A stretch of 63,996 nucleotides of DNA, counting the filler, from Porpidia crustulata (Eukaryota), in NCBI GenBank assembly GCA_964255105.1. It is 16 parts of 16 records of this genome, joined end to end, with 100 filler letters (N's around TTAATTAATTAA, not from the genome) between each part and the next. Parts side by side here need not be neighbours in the genome. Positions count along the whole stretch, not along the records: positions 24,332 to 28,272 come from CAXUWE010002194.1; positions 28,373 to 32,312 come from CAXUWE010002195.1; positions 32,413 to 36,343 come from CAXUWE010002196.1; positions 36,444 to 40,373 come from CAXUWE010002197.1; 12 more parts are not named here. One strand, 5' to 3'. Below the pieces are notes generated by a model. That model was not told where the DNA came from and searched no databases. It saw only the letters and a program-made list of their open reading frames with translations. The translations under genes were made by a program, and so were the position numbers. Positions 26,441 through 37,575 of the stretch are shown here, in pieces; position 1 is the first letter of the stretch, and the number at the start of each line of letters is the position of its first letter.

Positions 26441-27284
26441 ATGGGTCTGCTGGCAGTCCTGTCTTTGTACTGCCTGAGCGCTTTAGCTATTGGAGGCTTA
26501 AGGTTCGAATTTCTTATTTTTGTGTCATTTTTGATAGAGACTCACGAACAGTAGCCAAGTCCCGCCGCTCAACCTTCCACAAGCGGGTTCGGCGTCGTTG
26601 GGGGTTGATCTCAACTGGGGACCGGCAGACACCTCAGACACAGCAAGATCTACCGCTGTTACAACCACTAACACAGCCACAATTACAGTCAACACGGCAA
26701 CCGTCACAACTGATGGCGATGCTCAGGATTCCGTCCTACTAACAGTCGGAGGTATCGGTAAGACCAGCTCTTCTACGCACCCCACTTCTACCACAACAGT
26801 GAGCTGGCATCCCACGCCCTCGAGCCCGATGGGTGCAGCTTCTGGGATCAAATATATGCCGACGGGTAACATCAACATGCCTCCGAAGTATCCCAACAGC
26901 TCCGCATCGGTCGCTACTGGCATTTTCTGGTCCGGGTCCGGCACACATAGTCCGGTTGCTGGGACGGGTATGAATACTGATATCAGGTCGACGGCAAGCG
27001 GAGCGTCAATGGCCCTCTCAACCAGGACATCCCATGAGACTTGTACCTCCGCAGTCCAATCCGTGGCCCCAAGCGGTCAAATCTCTCCGACAAGTCCCAA
27101 AATCTCGAGCGGTGTCACACAATTCGCGACGACTGCCAGTGGCATATCGCCGACGCTCACCTCAAGCTCGAACAACTCGGCGGGAGCCTCGCAGATTACA
27201 TTCAAGGGCGTTGGCGAATCTCTTCATCTTTCTATGACTTCCTGCGTATTAGCTGTAATCTTGGGGCTTGTTTGTGAATTGTGA
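26441..27284 (+). CDS. Ser/Thr-rich GPI-anchored cell-surface protein (2 exons)
   Basis: Signal exon MGLLAVLSLYCLSALAIGGL, intron 26503-26551, S/T-rich body, hydrophobic tail CVLAVILGLVCEL. Confidence 0.8.
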
Positions 27285-28207
27285 ACGCCTTCCTATATTT
27301 CGATCTCGTTCTTTCGTAATGGTGTCCATTTTTATACTGCGCGTCTTTATCTAGGTAGACTGATGAGTAATCGTAACAATGGCAGTATTCTTCCATAATG
27401 CCAATGCTTTAACATACACAAGATGATCATCTGAGTTGTGCGTCTAAATAAGGTACATATTGTCGGGGTGGTACATCCCTGCTTGTATTTAGGCTATCAA
27501 CTTCACCTAGCTTCATTGGTCTCACCTGGCATGTAACCGCGCGCGAGGGTTAGCTAAACTTTCTTCTTTGAACCGTATCTCCCACCCCCGTGCCCCTTAG
27601 ATCAGAAACTCGAGGGAATGGAACTGAGAATGGCTCTCGAGGTTTGATACATAAGAAAGTAATTGCCTGCCGCTGTCACTCCGCACCACCAATTTTCGTC
27701 AATTATCAACCAAGAAATCCTATAACTTTTCAACGATATCCAACATGTGCATCATCATCATCAGGACCAAATTAAGCATTACGGCAACAGAACAAGATAG
27801 AACCGAGCAGATTCCATCTCGCATACGTCGTATCCCCTTTCAGGACCGTCCGTATCAGAAGACCAGGTGTCCTCGACGGCCAATAGCTGAGATTCGGGCC
27901 TGGCTTCGTAGGGGCCACGGTTCGAATGAACCTTCACTTGAAGGGATGGGGGGAGCCCATAGGCCGCCCATGGCGAAACTACTCACCGCAAATGATGCAA
28001 CTGGTAATCAAACCAACATCAACCATCCACTCCCTCTTTATTCCCTTAGCAACAGCAACAACAGCACTGTTAAAGTCCCAGCAGAATTTCTTTGAAGGAG
28101 CTCTTGGGACGTCACATTTTAGGCTTTTTTCCCTATAGTGTGCGGAATGTTAATTTAGATAAATGCGTCTGCTCTAATAATCTGTTTCAAGCTCAATCTA
28201 GCATCAA

Positions 28208-28272
28208 TGTAAGGTAGCGTCCCTCCATGGGTGGCGGAAAACCCACCGTGCCGGAAAATATGATGGATACTT
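28208..28272 (+). mobile_element. Repeat terminus, probable LTR 5' end (copy 1), at contig break
   Basis: TGTAAGGTAGCGTCCCT...GCGGAAAACCCACCGTGCCGGAAAATATGA. The 30-bp core matches 32278-32307 with 1 mismatch. Starts with TG. Confidence 0.6.
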
Positions 28273-28372
28273 NNNNNNNNNNNNNNNNNNNNNNNNNNNN
28301 NNNNNNNNNNNNNNNNTTAATTAATTAANNNNNNNNNNNNNNNNNNNNNNNNNNNNNNNNNNNNNNNNNNNN

Positions 28373-29325
28373 GGACGCTCAAACGCCCTTATGAGAGACA
28401 GCGCCTTGGTCCTCAGTTGCCCGTTAACGTTGATAGACTCTCGTTCTCGGCACCTCCGGTCAAGAAAAAGACCAAAGTGGAAGGGAACTCGGTTCAGAAG
28501 TGCAGTCCTTGGGGTTCGTATCATCGGTTCATGGAGTTGGAGCAGGCTGGGTCTTCAAAAATTTCTCACGATCAGGAGCATTTCCTTGTTGCGATCAAGG
28601 AGAAGAGTTACAACGGTGAAGGCACGCTTGATGGACTCAGATTAACCTCGGATCGCAACGTCATCGATCTTCTGGGGATTTTTTATCATGAGGAAGTCAT
28701 TTATATGGCCTATGAATGTGTGGAAGTATCGCTTAGAAGCCTTTCATCTACATCGAAGGGGAAATTGAAGCATTTTGAGATCGCAGCGGTGTGTAAAGAG
28801 GTATGACGTTGTTCTTGTACATCATTTACAGATGACTCACTTTCATCAGATTCTTGACGGACTTTCCTACATACACACAGAACTTCAGCTTCATTATGGC
28901 GAACTGAATTGTGGCAATATTTGGTTGAAACGAGATGGCGCCGTTAAGCTGGCCAACATTGGCGACGCCATGCTGAATGATGTAAAGATCAGCGAAGACA
29001 CTGAACGCAAGGATGTATGTACGGTGGGGTTGGTAATGAAGGAATTAATGGAACCGGAGACCAGCCTACAAGATCCTGATTCAATTGTCTTGAAATACCC
29101 AGAGCATTGGCCGGATGGTTGGGGAATCCGGACATTCCTGGAAGCGACCCAATCCTCAACCCTGGACGAGCTTAAAAAGGTATGAACTCCCTTCCATGAG
29201 TCGCCCAACTAACTCTCAACTAGCAAGCCGACTTTCTTCCGGGAGAGCCTACTTCTCGATGTCTGATTCCTCGTGTCTGCATGACTGAGCCTTCTGCCAG
29301 AAAGGAATGGGAGATTTTTGATTAA
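28373..29325 (+). CDS. Degenerate protein kinase-fold protein (pseudokinase), spliced, 5' truncated
   Basis: LVAIKE, IYMAYECVEVSL, EIAAVCKE/ILDGLSYIH. HYGELNCGNI stands in place of HRD..N and VKLANIG in place of DFG. Introns 28801-28849 and 29180-29223. Confidence 0.75.
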
Positions 29326-29411
29326 TATGCACCATACTGACATTTCGTGGCCGCCGCTGAACTTCTTGGGATATGACTTGAATTTGACGTACAGAAACTA
29401 TTTACCTAAAG

Positions 29412-31240
29412 CTAAATTTCACTCTCTCTATGATGCCCCGAGAATAGAGACTGCCTTTCTTCCCGTGGCTGAAATTCGAGTTCCAACAAGCTAACGTCCT
29501 TATGAACCTGATTCTGTATCAATTTTCGGACATCATCCCGGACGGACGTTCTCGCAGAGACTAGATTATGAAGTTATGTTTAAGTCTCATAAGCCGAGTT
29601 GAAGGCGTACCGGTAACCAACATTTTTCCTCGCATATGTTTCACGTTGTCTGCCAGAATTTCTGTCACATTTGCCCTGCCAGGCATGTACATCACACGAC
29701 CGTGTTTACCTCTTTGCTCTATCTTGTTAGATCCGTTGACGTCCTTGAAGGGATAGTTCTTAGCCACCCAGACCGTGAGTTGAAAGATCTGGGTTCTTGT
29801 CAGCACGAGTTCTCTAAAGTCAATCCCTCTGCATCTTACATAACCACTATCACGAATATCTTCATCAAGAATGTCGTTGATAACTTCTTCCCCGTAAAAG
29901 TGTTCATCTGTCAGTCCTCGTGATCAGTCAATCCGTAGAACAACTCTCGAAGGATCAAATGCTAACCCCATTCTTCCACCTGCCACAATAGATGCATTCG
30001 CCGGGTGCAAACCTGACCATTGTTGTAACCTTGAATCAACTCCTTGACATACGACAGCTGAGCAACGATACCAAAGCCAGTGGCAACCAACATAACAGAG
30101 CCGTAAATGCTGATATCTACGGTGCGTCCATGAGGCCCTGTGAACCACGCACGAACATAATCCCCTTTCTGAGCGTTTTCGACGCGAGGTTTGTGGGCGT
30201 ATGCTAGTAGTCTTCTCGTGAAGCCAGAATCCGGTTGGATCAAGCAGCAAATGGAGGGATTCCGACCTTCAGTCCATGAAGCGATCACAAAGGGGTGGCT
30301 TTGTAAGAAAGACCATGAACTGACTGATGGTATGCAAACATTGATATACTGCCCGGCTCTGACTTTCCATATTCGAGGCATAAGTAGATTTATCTTGACA
30401 ACATCGTCGACTTTAGCAGCTGATATTTGTATAGCGTCAGCTCGGACTCCCGTTTGTCCCAAAGCCATGTTGCGAAAGATAAGATTGATCGTTTCTAGCA
30501 GCATGGCGACGATTAGAAGACCAACAGCAATCAGAATGTATATGCGGCCGAAAGCTTTGCTGAGTGAGAGATGACGCCATAATGCGATAGCTGCCGTGAT
30601 CGCCAGAGCTTGGTGAAATCGAAGGAAAATTTCGTATGAGAATCTTCGCATTGGAGGTACGGCGAATAGTATCAGCGAAGCAACGGATATCACGCCCTAT
30701 ATAATGGAGTAATGTCAGCGATGCAGATTGATACATGAGAATCGATCTTACCACGAATCCGTATAAATGGACTCTATTCCTGAAGGAAAACCCTTCTCTA
30801 CCTGACGAAGCTACTACGACATGGAAAACGCTAAGAGTAAGAGCCATCAGTCCCATTGAACTGTGGAATTGTCTCCAGGTATGAAGTGAAGTCCCGAGTA
30901 GATCGGCGGCAAAGCTGAGATGACTGCCAAGCAGCAGAGGCACGAATTGAACCACGGCCAAAGTACCGGCTCTAGAGCCCGCCTGGTTCAGATTTCTAAC
31001 CCCAACCGCGCTGCATACCGCGGTTCCAGTCCAGTAAATGATCTGCACAAGAAGTTCGTGGCGGGTCCAGGGAGACAAAAATCGATGTCGTCGCAGCACA
31101 TACGGATAGACGAAATGCTTCAACAGAAAGAATAGGATACGTAGTTTCAAGAACCTCCACATCTTCGAGGTAATATTGTATAAGAGAGTAGTCGCTAAAA
31201 CACCGCCAGCGGTGATGGCATAAACCTGTGTTGGATCCAT
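29412..31240 (-). CDS. Ferric reductase-like transmembrane oxidoreductase (FRE), multi-exon
   Basis: TM His pairs (WRQFHSSMG..FHV, FLRFHQAL..WRH), RAGQYINV, QSHPFVIASW, WFTGPHG, VMLVATGFGIVAQL, C-terminal LELEFQP. Four introns. Confidence 0.9.
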
Positions 31241-31533
31241 GACAATTTGAACTGGGAATTCTCGAAGAGTTTGTACGTGGATGGTCGTTTTTCTAGTGCC
31301 GTCAGTGTTCAATTCTCAATCTTGTTAAGGGTCCTGGGGCCCTTGTTCTGCAGAACGTAAAGAGATCTAGCCAGGTGCTTAAAATAGGGCTCTGGATTCG
31401 TGACGCTTTGGTCCATCATCGGCAGTCCCGCGCGACAAACGTGGTGATGGGTGAGGTATTTTTAGCAAAGCGCTCAGGTTTCCTATATAATCTTCTGAGC
31501 CTCTACACAGCCCAACAAAGATCTAGTCACATC

Positions 31534-32073
31534 ATGAAGACAACAGAAGAAAAGAAACCGAAATGCCCGCAGAGAATAGCACGAGAAAGATTCCGTGGAA
31601 GGAAGAATTGTCTATTTAAAAAGGCATACGAAGTCGGCAAAATGTATCAAACAGACGTCTACCTTGTACTTTATCGCAATCATCGATACTACACCTACAG
31701 TTCGAGGGACGAAGCTTCTTGGCCGCCATCCGAGACACAAATCGTAGGTTATCTCAATAAATTTAGAGGAGTTCTTTGACAATGCCAGGATGAAAGTTTT
31801 CCTTTGCCGGATCGCAAAAAACCTTGCGATTTTATGGATAAGACGCAGTGCCAACATACCAATTCCAGTAGCTCCAAATCACCCACGAAAGGAGCAACAA
31901 CAATGGCGGCAGAGGCGAAGTCTTCAGAAAAGGAGGACGATTGTCCCGAGGATCGACGGAGCGATCGGCAACAGAGGAGGCTTCAGTCATATCGATGGCA
32001 TATTCCGGAAGCACCAATCTTGCAAAAATCGCCAACGGAGACTCAGCCCGCATGCACTTCCTTTCAGCTGTAA
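31534..32073 (+). CDS. Small divergent MADS-box (SRF-type)-like protein (2 exons)
   Basis: RERFRGRKNCLFKKAYEVGKMYQTDVYLVLYRNHRYYTYSS..WPPS. Intron 31744-31788, then ESFPLPDRKKP. Confidence 0.78.
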
Positions 32074-32256
32074 TCGACTTTGAGGTTGTTGTGGACCCCA
32101 ACCAGGCGTCAAGAAACATCCGATTGTGAGGTTTATGTTAGATGATTTAGTAATTGATATGCAACGATCGGTCAGCATTATCGTGTGCCACGTAGTGTCT
32201 CTCATTCTTTTCCTCAATTTTCCTAAAACTGTTCGAAATCATGCACTTATAACCTG

Positions 32257-32312
32257 TGTAACGTCCGTCCCTGTGTCGCGGAAAACCCACTGTGCCGGAA
32301 AATATGAGAGGT
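32257..32312 (+). mobile_element. Repeat terminus, probable LTR 5' end (copy 2), at contig break
   Basis: TGTAACGTCCGTCCCTGTGTCGCGGAAAACCCACTGTGCCGGAAAATATGA, homologous to 28208-28272. Confidence 0.6.
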
Positions 32313-33463
32313 NNNNNNNNNNNNNNNNNNNNNNNNNNNNNNNNNNNNNNNNNNNNTTAATTAATTAANNNNNNNNNNNNNNNNNNNNNNNNNNNNNNNN
32401 NNNNNNNNNNNNATTCTCGCTTACTACTAACGCAGCGCTTATTGTGTGGCCCGTGACCATTTGCTTCCCCTCCCCCCCCCTATCCCTCCAACCCTTTAGC
32501 TTGTCTGCGAATGAGCCACACTTCTGCAGCTGCCCACCGTCTGTCGGATGAACTTGGATACGATTTTCATGCTGTGCTCTACCGGAGTACGAGTCACATC
32601 ACGGGATGATAATTGGAGCTGTACCCAAGCCACGCAATACAAGGCTCCTTTGCTGCCAATGACCCTCTGACACACAAGGCACACACGGTGTGTGCCCATG
32701 CTTTTCAGAAGAAAATGCCAATCCATTTGATTGGACAACTCAATCTCTCATTGAGATTCGCGATGGTCGAAGACATCAAGGTTGATTTGCAGCGGATCTT
32801 GACTCTCTCTACCGAGTGTTCAAATCCTATTCCTACCAATTCCCTCACCCGGTATTGAGTTGGCCGAAAGTAGCAGCATGCAGTCCACATAGGGCATAGG
32901 AAAAAAGAGAAATGGGAAAGTGTGTTTTCCATTTGGTCAGCTGTGACTGCCATGCCATACCTCTACGTTTCACATATTTCTTCTGTCGTGCTGAAACCGC
33001 CACACTTGGTCTACAGGGATACTGGGCTATAAAAAGCCGCTGCACGAGCTCTGCAGATGGTGTCACTGATCCCCCCACACCCAGCAAAGTATTGGGAGTA
33101 TAAAACCATCAAACATCGTTGTACAGTCTTCAATTCACGACCAAACCACGGTCAGTATTGATAGTTTCCTTTGCAGAGCTTTTCAGTCCTTTTTCTCCTC
33201 CAATCGGACTCGCAACTGAGCCTATATTTGCATTTTTTGAATAATCCGATCAGATTTGTGAGCGATACAAATCTTCATCTCAACATTCTTGCTAGAATTT
33301 ATATCAATTGGATCCTGTGTGCATCCAATCAATCATACTTGAACACTCCAGACATCAAACTCGCCAACCATTAAGCCTCGGTATCGCCAAGGTTTCGAAC
33401 CCAATCAATTTCTTGCAAAGCGCCACGATAGAACATCGACAGTCCAGTCGTTGTAGTTGTCTC

Positions 33464-35404
33464 ATGGGTTCTCCAAAGAGACAGATTTGCGATCCCCTTA
33501 CTTATGAACAGCTCATAATTCAGCTTAGCAATCCTGATGCGTTTTGCATTAATTCTCCGTTTCCATTTTACAACAAATGTAATGTACGACATCCTGAATT
33601 TAAATTTCTGACACGGCAAGAAGCCTGCAGAGTACTCCTAAATAATTTAGACAACGTTGCTTCTTCTCCTTGGACCGAAACCTGGAAAATTCTGAAAGAT
33701 CTGGCAGAGACAGTCTCTTGCGAGAAACACATCAAGCAGAGCGAGGAGTTTGCCTACCATTGGTTGGCAGAGGAATCCCTACCCAACCTTTTGGAGCATA
33801 TGGGATGGAAGAAGGAACCCATCCACTGGATTTGTCTGGGATCGAGTAAGGAAAACGAATGTCCGCCTCTCGATTGCACCAAAAAGAGAGACGCTCATTC
33901 ACGCATTCACTCCGCTTTGAACAGACTTGCTATCGGCGGAGATCCTGTTGAGAAAGTTTTTGAAGGTCTCGTCAAGAAAGCTTTTGGAGCCCTTGTAGGA
34001 CATTGGCTTTGTGATGAGCACAAATCTCAGTCGAACAAATTTCTCGAGGAGCTTTTCGTAAAGTTCAGGCACTATACTCCGAACGCCGGATCCATCATCA
34101 AGACTAGACGCGCCAGCAGTAAGAATACACTGACTTCTTCCGATACTGACTCGGAATCGCCTGATACCAGCAATTCACCGACTCGGACTAAGAAACAGTC
34201 GCCGGGATGCTACCTTGCTGGCGATACCGTATCCAGAGAATCCCGTACGCGAAGATCCGAATATCATGCCTCGGAGAGGATTGAGGTCCCCAAAGCTATT
34301 GACACCACGTCACCGGACCGTCTATCCGTTCGAAAACGGGGAAGATCTAGCACATCGTATGAGCATAGCCTACTCAGGGAAGAAATACGGTCCAGTTCCT
34401 TTTCAAGTGAGGCTAAATCCCGGAACGACGCCTCCGGTACCGATGCATATCCTGACGACCAAATGTCAGGTAATTTGGCTACTAACAGTTCTGAAGCGCA
34501 TACCGTATCGCCCAATGGTACTATTCCTGAAATAAAACGACGAAGATTGCCTTCTACCACCTCATCGTCAGGCTCAGATGGTACTCAACAAGGAGGAAAA
34601 TGTGTCCCTCAGTGGAAGGAAAAGAACACCCAAGAGGAACTGCCGGCTAAAAACACCCACATTTTAAATTTGATGGCAAAGAATTCCGCGCACTGTCCTG
34701 ATGATGGATACATTTACATATTCAGAAGTCCCGATTTCCCCAGTCATGTGAAAATCGGGCGCACTACACAGGAGATTGGAGATCGAAAAAAACAGATTAC
34801 GTCCAAATGCAAGAATTACGACCTCGAAATCGTTGATTATGATGAGAGTTTTAGAAAAATAGATTATCACACTCGTCTTGAGGGGCTTATTCACGCCGAC
34901 TTGTCGAACGAACGGCGCATTTTTACCTGCACTTGTACAAGGAAGACCGTGATGCATGTCGATGATGTTGTTGACAAGCTTATCACGCATGGAGAATGGT
35001 TTGCTATCGAAGAGGATCGTGCCAAACGCGTTGTCAAAAAATGGAAGGACTGGATGCGATTCATCAAACCCTACAACTTGGAGGGAAAGTTAAATGCGGA
35101 GATGCTTCAAGAGATTAAACAGTGGCAAAGGGATCCGATAAGATTGGATAATGAATTATTACACCGCATCTACTGGTACAATCGTACCGCTGCCTCGATA
35201 CGGCAAGCAATATTCGAGTCTCGACCAGAACGGCTTAGTCGCTGGGAATCGATCGGAGAACATTGGAAAGAAAACTTCATCATCGTTGTGGCTCACTATT
35301 GGATTTCCTTCATCATTTGTGTTTGTCTAATATATTGGTCTTGGATCCCGGCGTTGGCAGTCAGCTTTGTTTTCCCTCTTCTCACGGTTTTGTATGCTGC
35401 ATGA
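33464..35404 (+). CDS. T5orf172/MUG113 (GIY-YIG-like) domain protein with C-terminal TM helices
   Basis: DGYIYIF...HVKIGRT...RLEGLIHADL...CTC...HGEWF. Hydrophobic C-terminus. Intronless. First ATG (MGSPKR) at 33464. Confidence 0.82.
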   Translation: MGSPKRQICDPLTYEQLIIQLSNPDAFCINSPFPFYNKCNVRHPEFKFLTRQEACRVLLNNLDNVASSPWTETWKILKDLAETVSCEKHIKQSEEFAYHWLAEESLPNLLEHMGWKKEPIHWICLGSSKENECPPLDCTKKRDAHSRIHSALNRLAIGGDPVEKVFEGLVKKAFGALVGHWLCDEHKSQSNKFLEELFVKFRHYTPNAGSIIKTRRASSKNTLTSSDTDSESPDTSNSPTRTKKQSPGCYLAGDTVSRESRTRRSEYHASERIEVPKAIDTTSPDRLSVRKRGRSSTSYEHSLLREEIRSSSFSSEAKSRNDASGTDAYPDDQMSGNLATNSSEAHTVSPNGTIPEIKRRRLPSTTSSSGSDGTQQGGKCVPQWKEKNTQEELPAKNTHILNLMAKNSAHCPDDGYIYIFRSPDFPSHVKIGRTTQEIGDRKKQITSKCKNYDLEIVDYDESFRKIDYHTRLEGLIHADLSNERRIFTCTCTRKTVMHVDDVVDKLITHGEWFAIEEDRAKRVVKKWKDWMRFIKPYNLEGKLNAEMLQEIKQWQRDPIRLDNELLHRIYWYNRTAASIRQAIFESRPERLSRWESIGEHWKENFIIVVAHYWISFIICVCLIYWSWIPALAVSFVFPLLTVLYAA

Positions 35405-36443
35405 ATGAATTTACGTTATTGCAAGCCTAGGCTTGAGCCTCGTCTTGGACACAGCAATGTCAATATCTACTAATATCCATCCGTCTCTCCAAGGTCACCC
35501 GTCTCTGGATTCGATAGTGGCCATGAGACACTCTTTTGCTGCTTGGAGTATTTGGAATTTTGAATACGTGCTACTGTCAATATGCCTCGGAAGAATCTGA
35601 TTTACTCCATAAATCTATGACGTCAAACTGCCACTCCTCTACTTTCGCTTTGACGCAGAACTAATAGGGAGCCTTTGCTACAATCTCGGAGCTTTGTGAC
35701 GATGAACGAAAAATTCATCTCGACCCATCTTGCTTCATTGTCAGATGCTCAATCCAAACAGTCGCTGGTCTCCCACCAACACGAACCTGTTTAGATCCTA
35801 GAGAACATGCGATCCATAGGCAGCTTTATGGTGCTATACGGTTGATACCTGCAAACCCTATCATGAAACAATAATGCACAGGCATTTTAAGAAATAGATA
35901 TTCACAACACTTAATCTCATCCAACATCCAACAGATATTTACCAAAATTTCTCCTAATCTCCCAATGCCCTCTCTATCATCAACGTATCCGTCGTTTGCT
36001 TATCCTCCTGCTTCAACTTTACCAGAAAAGAACATAAATGACTAGATCAAAGCCCAACATCCAGCTCCCAAGACATCTTTTGGGATCTCACCCCTCATTA
36101 GCAATAACAACCCGTATCCAACAGAACGCACAGGAACCAGCGACACAACGCCAGTATACAAAGTCACACCCCGACGACCTCATATGCATTCAAGTTTCCG
36201 TGATTGTGGAGGGTTGGGGTTTAGAAACGAATGAATGCATCTTTTTGGGCCTTCACTTCCCTTACACCCTTACAAACATCAGAAAGATCCGAGTCCATGA
36301 CCAAATCCGAGACCGGCAGAAAAAATACTACACGCCAACTGTTNNNNNNNNNNNNNNNNNNNNNNNNNNNNNNNNNNNNNNNNNNNNTTAATTAATTAAN
36401 NNNNNNNNNNNNNNNNNNNNNNNNNNNNNNNNNNNNNNNNNNN

Positions 36444-37575
36444 GTTGAGGATGGGGAGGGAGGCGGTGGTGATGATGAAGACGAGGTCGATGGTTGTCCA
36501 GGATACGGTGCGGGTGTAGTCCCCTGGATGGGTTCAGTGTATGATTTTTTTGCGGAGGGGTTAGGAGAGAAGAGGGAGGAGGGGGTTCGTACAGGTTACG
36601 TCGGGGTGAGGCGTCTGAGCGCTGACCTGTCTCATGATGCTGCCGATGCAGGAGGCCGAGCCGACGAAGAATAAAAGTACCAAGCGGATTCGCTTCGAGG
36701 TAGACATCGGGATTTTAAAGAGCAGGATCAACGGTACCGAGAGCAGAGCGAAGTCGGTAACGATGTGGATGGCATCGAGCGCGATGTTTAGACTGCTGAT
36801 GTTGATGCACACCGGCGGGTTCGGAGTCCTGCCGTACGCAACGAGACCGTACTGTGAAAGAGGTGGAGTGCAAGCGAGAATGTTGACGAAAAGTCCACCG
36901 ACGATGAAACTGATGAGAACCCCGAGGAAAATGGTATGGATGATCATCCACCTTGGTGAACTTAGGCTTTTCAGGCGTTTGATGAAGAGGAGGATGGATA
37001 TCTTGATCAAGCCCACGGCAATAAAGAACAGTACTTCGTCAATCGGGGAAAGCTAATCGACGACTTTATCAGCAATTAGGGCGTCTCCTATGTACTGCTT
37101 GACGTACGCGGTAGAACCAGTCGATCTCGGAGTAGGTGACCTCCCATAGGTGTATGCCGCTACCACCAACGACGGCGATGGCAATGGAGCAGCCGAACCA
37201 ACCAATGGCACCAATCTATTTAGACAGCATTAGCTCACAGATCCTCCCTCCAGAATTCCGAGCAAGACAGCATACTGCACCGGGAATGATCATCCAATCA
37301 TCCCACCCCCATTTTAGATCTCGATGGAAACACCTCAGGCAGAGACGAGCTCCAGTAATGATGGTCACCAAAGCTATGGCCACGGACATTGCAACGATGA
37401 TATCAGACCCTCGGGTCTCATGGTGATATGCTGGTGGAACTTGAAGTTTCGTCGGAAAGCCTTTGCTAGGATCAAACTCGTCATCCGGTATTGAGGCATG
37501 ACGAGCAAGTCCTCTCAGTGTCCATAAATCATCTTGATTGTTGGGCGGCTGGCCCATGATTGCAGAGTCGGGCAT
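36444..37575 (-). CDS. PTH11-like (rhodopsin-type) 7-TM integral membrane protein, spliced, 3' truncated
   Basis: GARLCLRCF..WGWDDW, GLIKISILLFIKRL, LACTP, IHIVTDFALLSVPL..LFKIPMSTSKRIRL. Introns present. Confidence 0.85.

Noticed and set aside
27532..27560. TGTAACCGCGCGCGAGGGTTAG as another LTR start or telobox
   Set aside because: No matching 3' end, TSD or second copy found.
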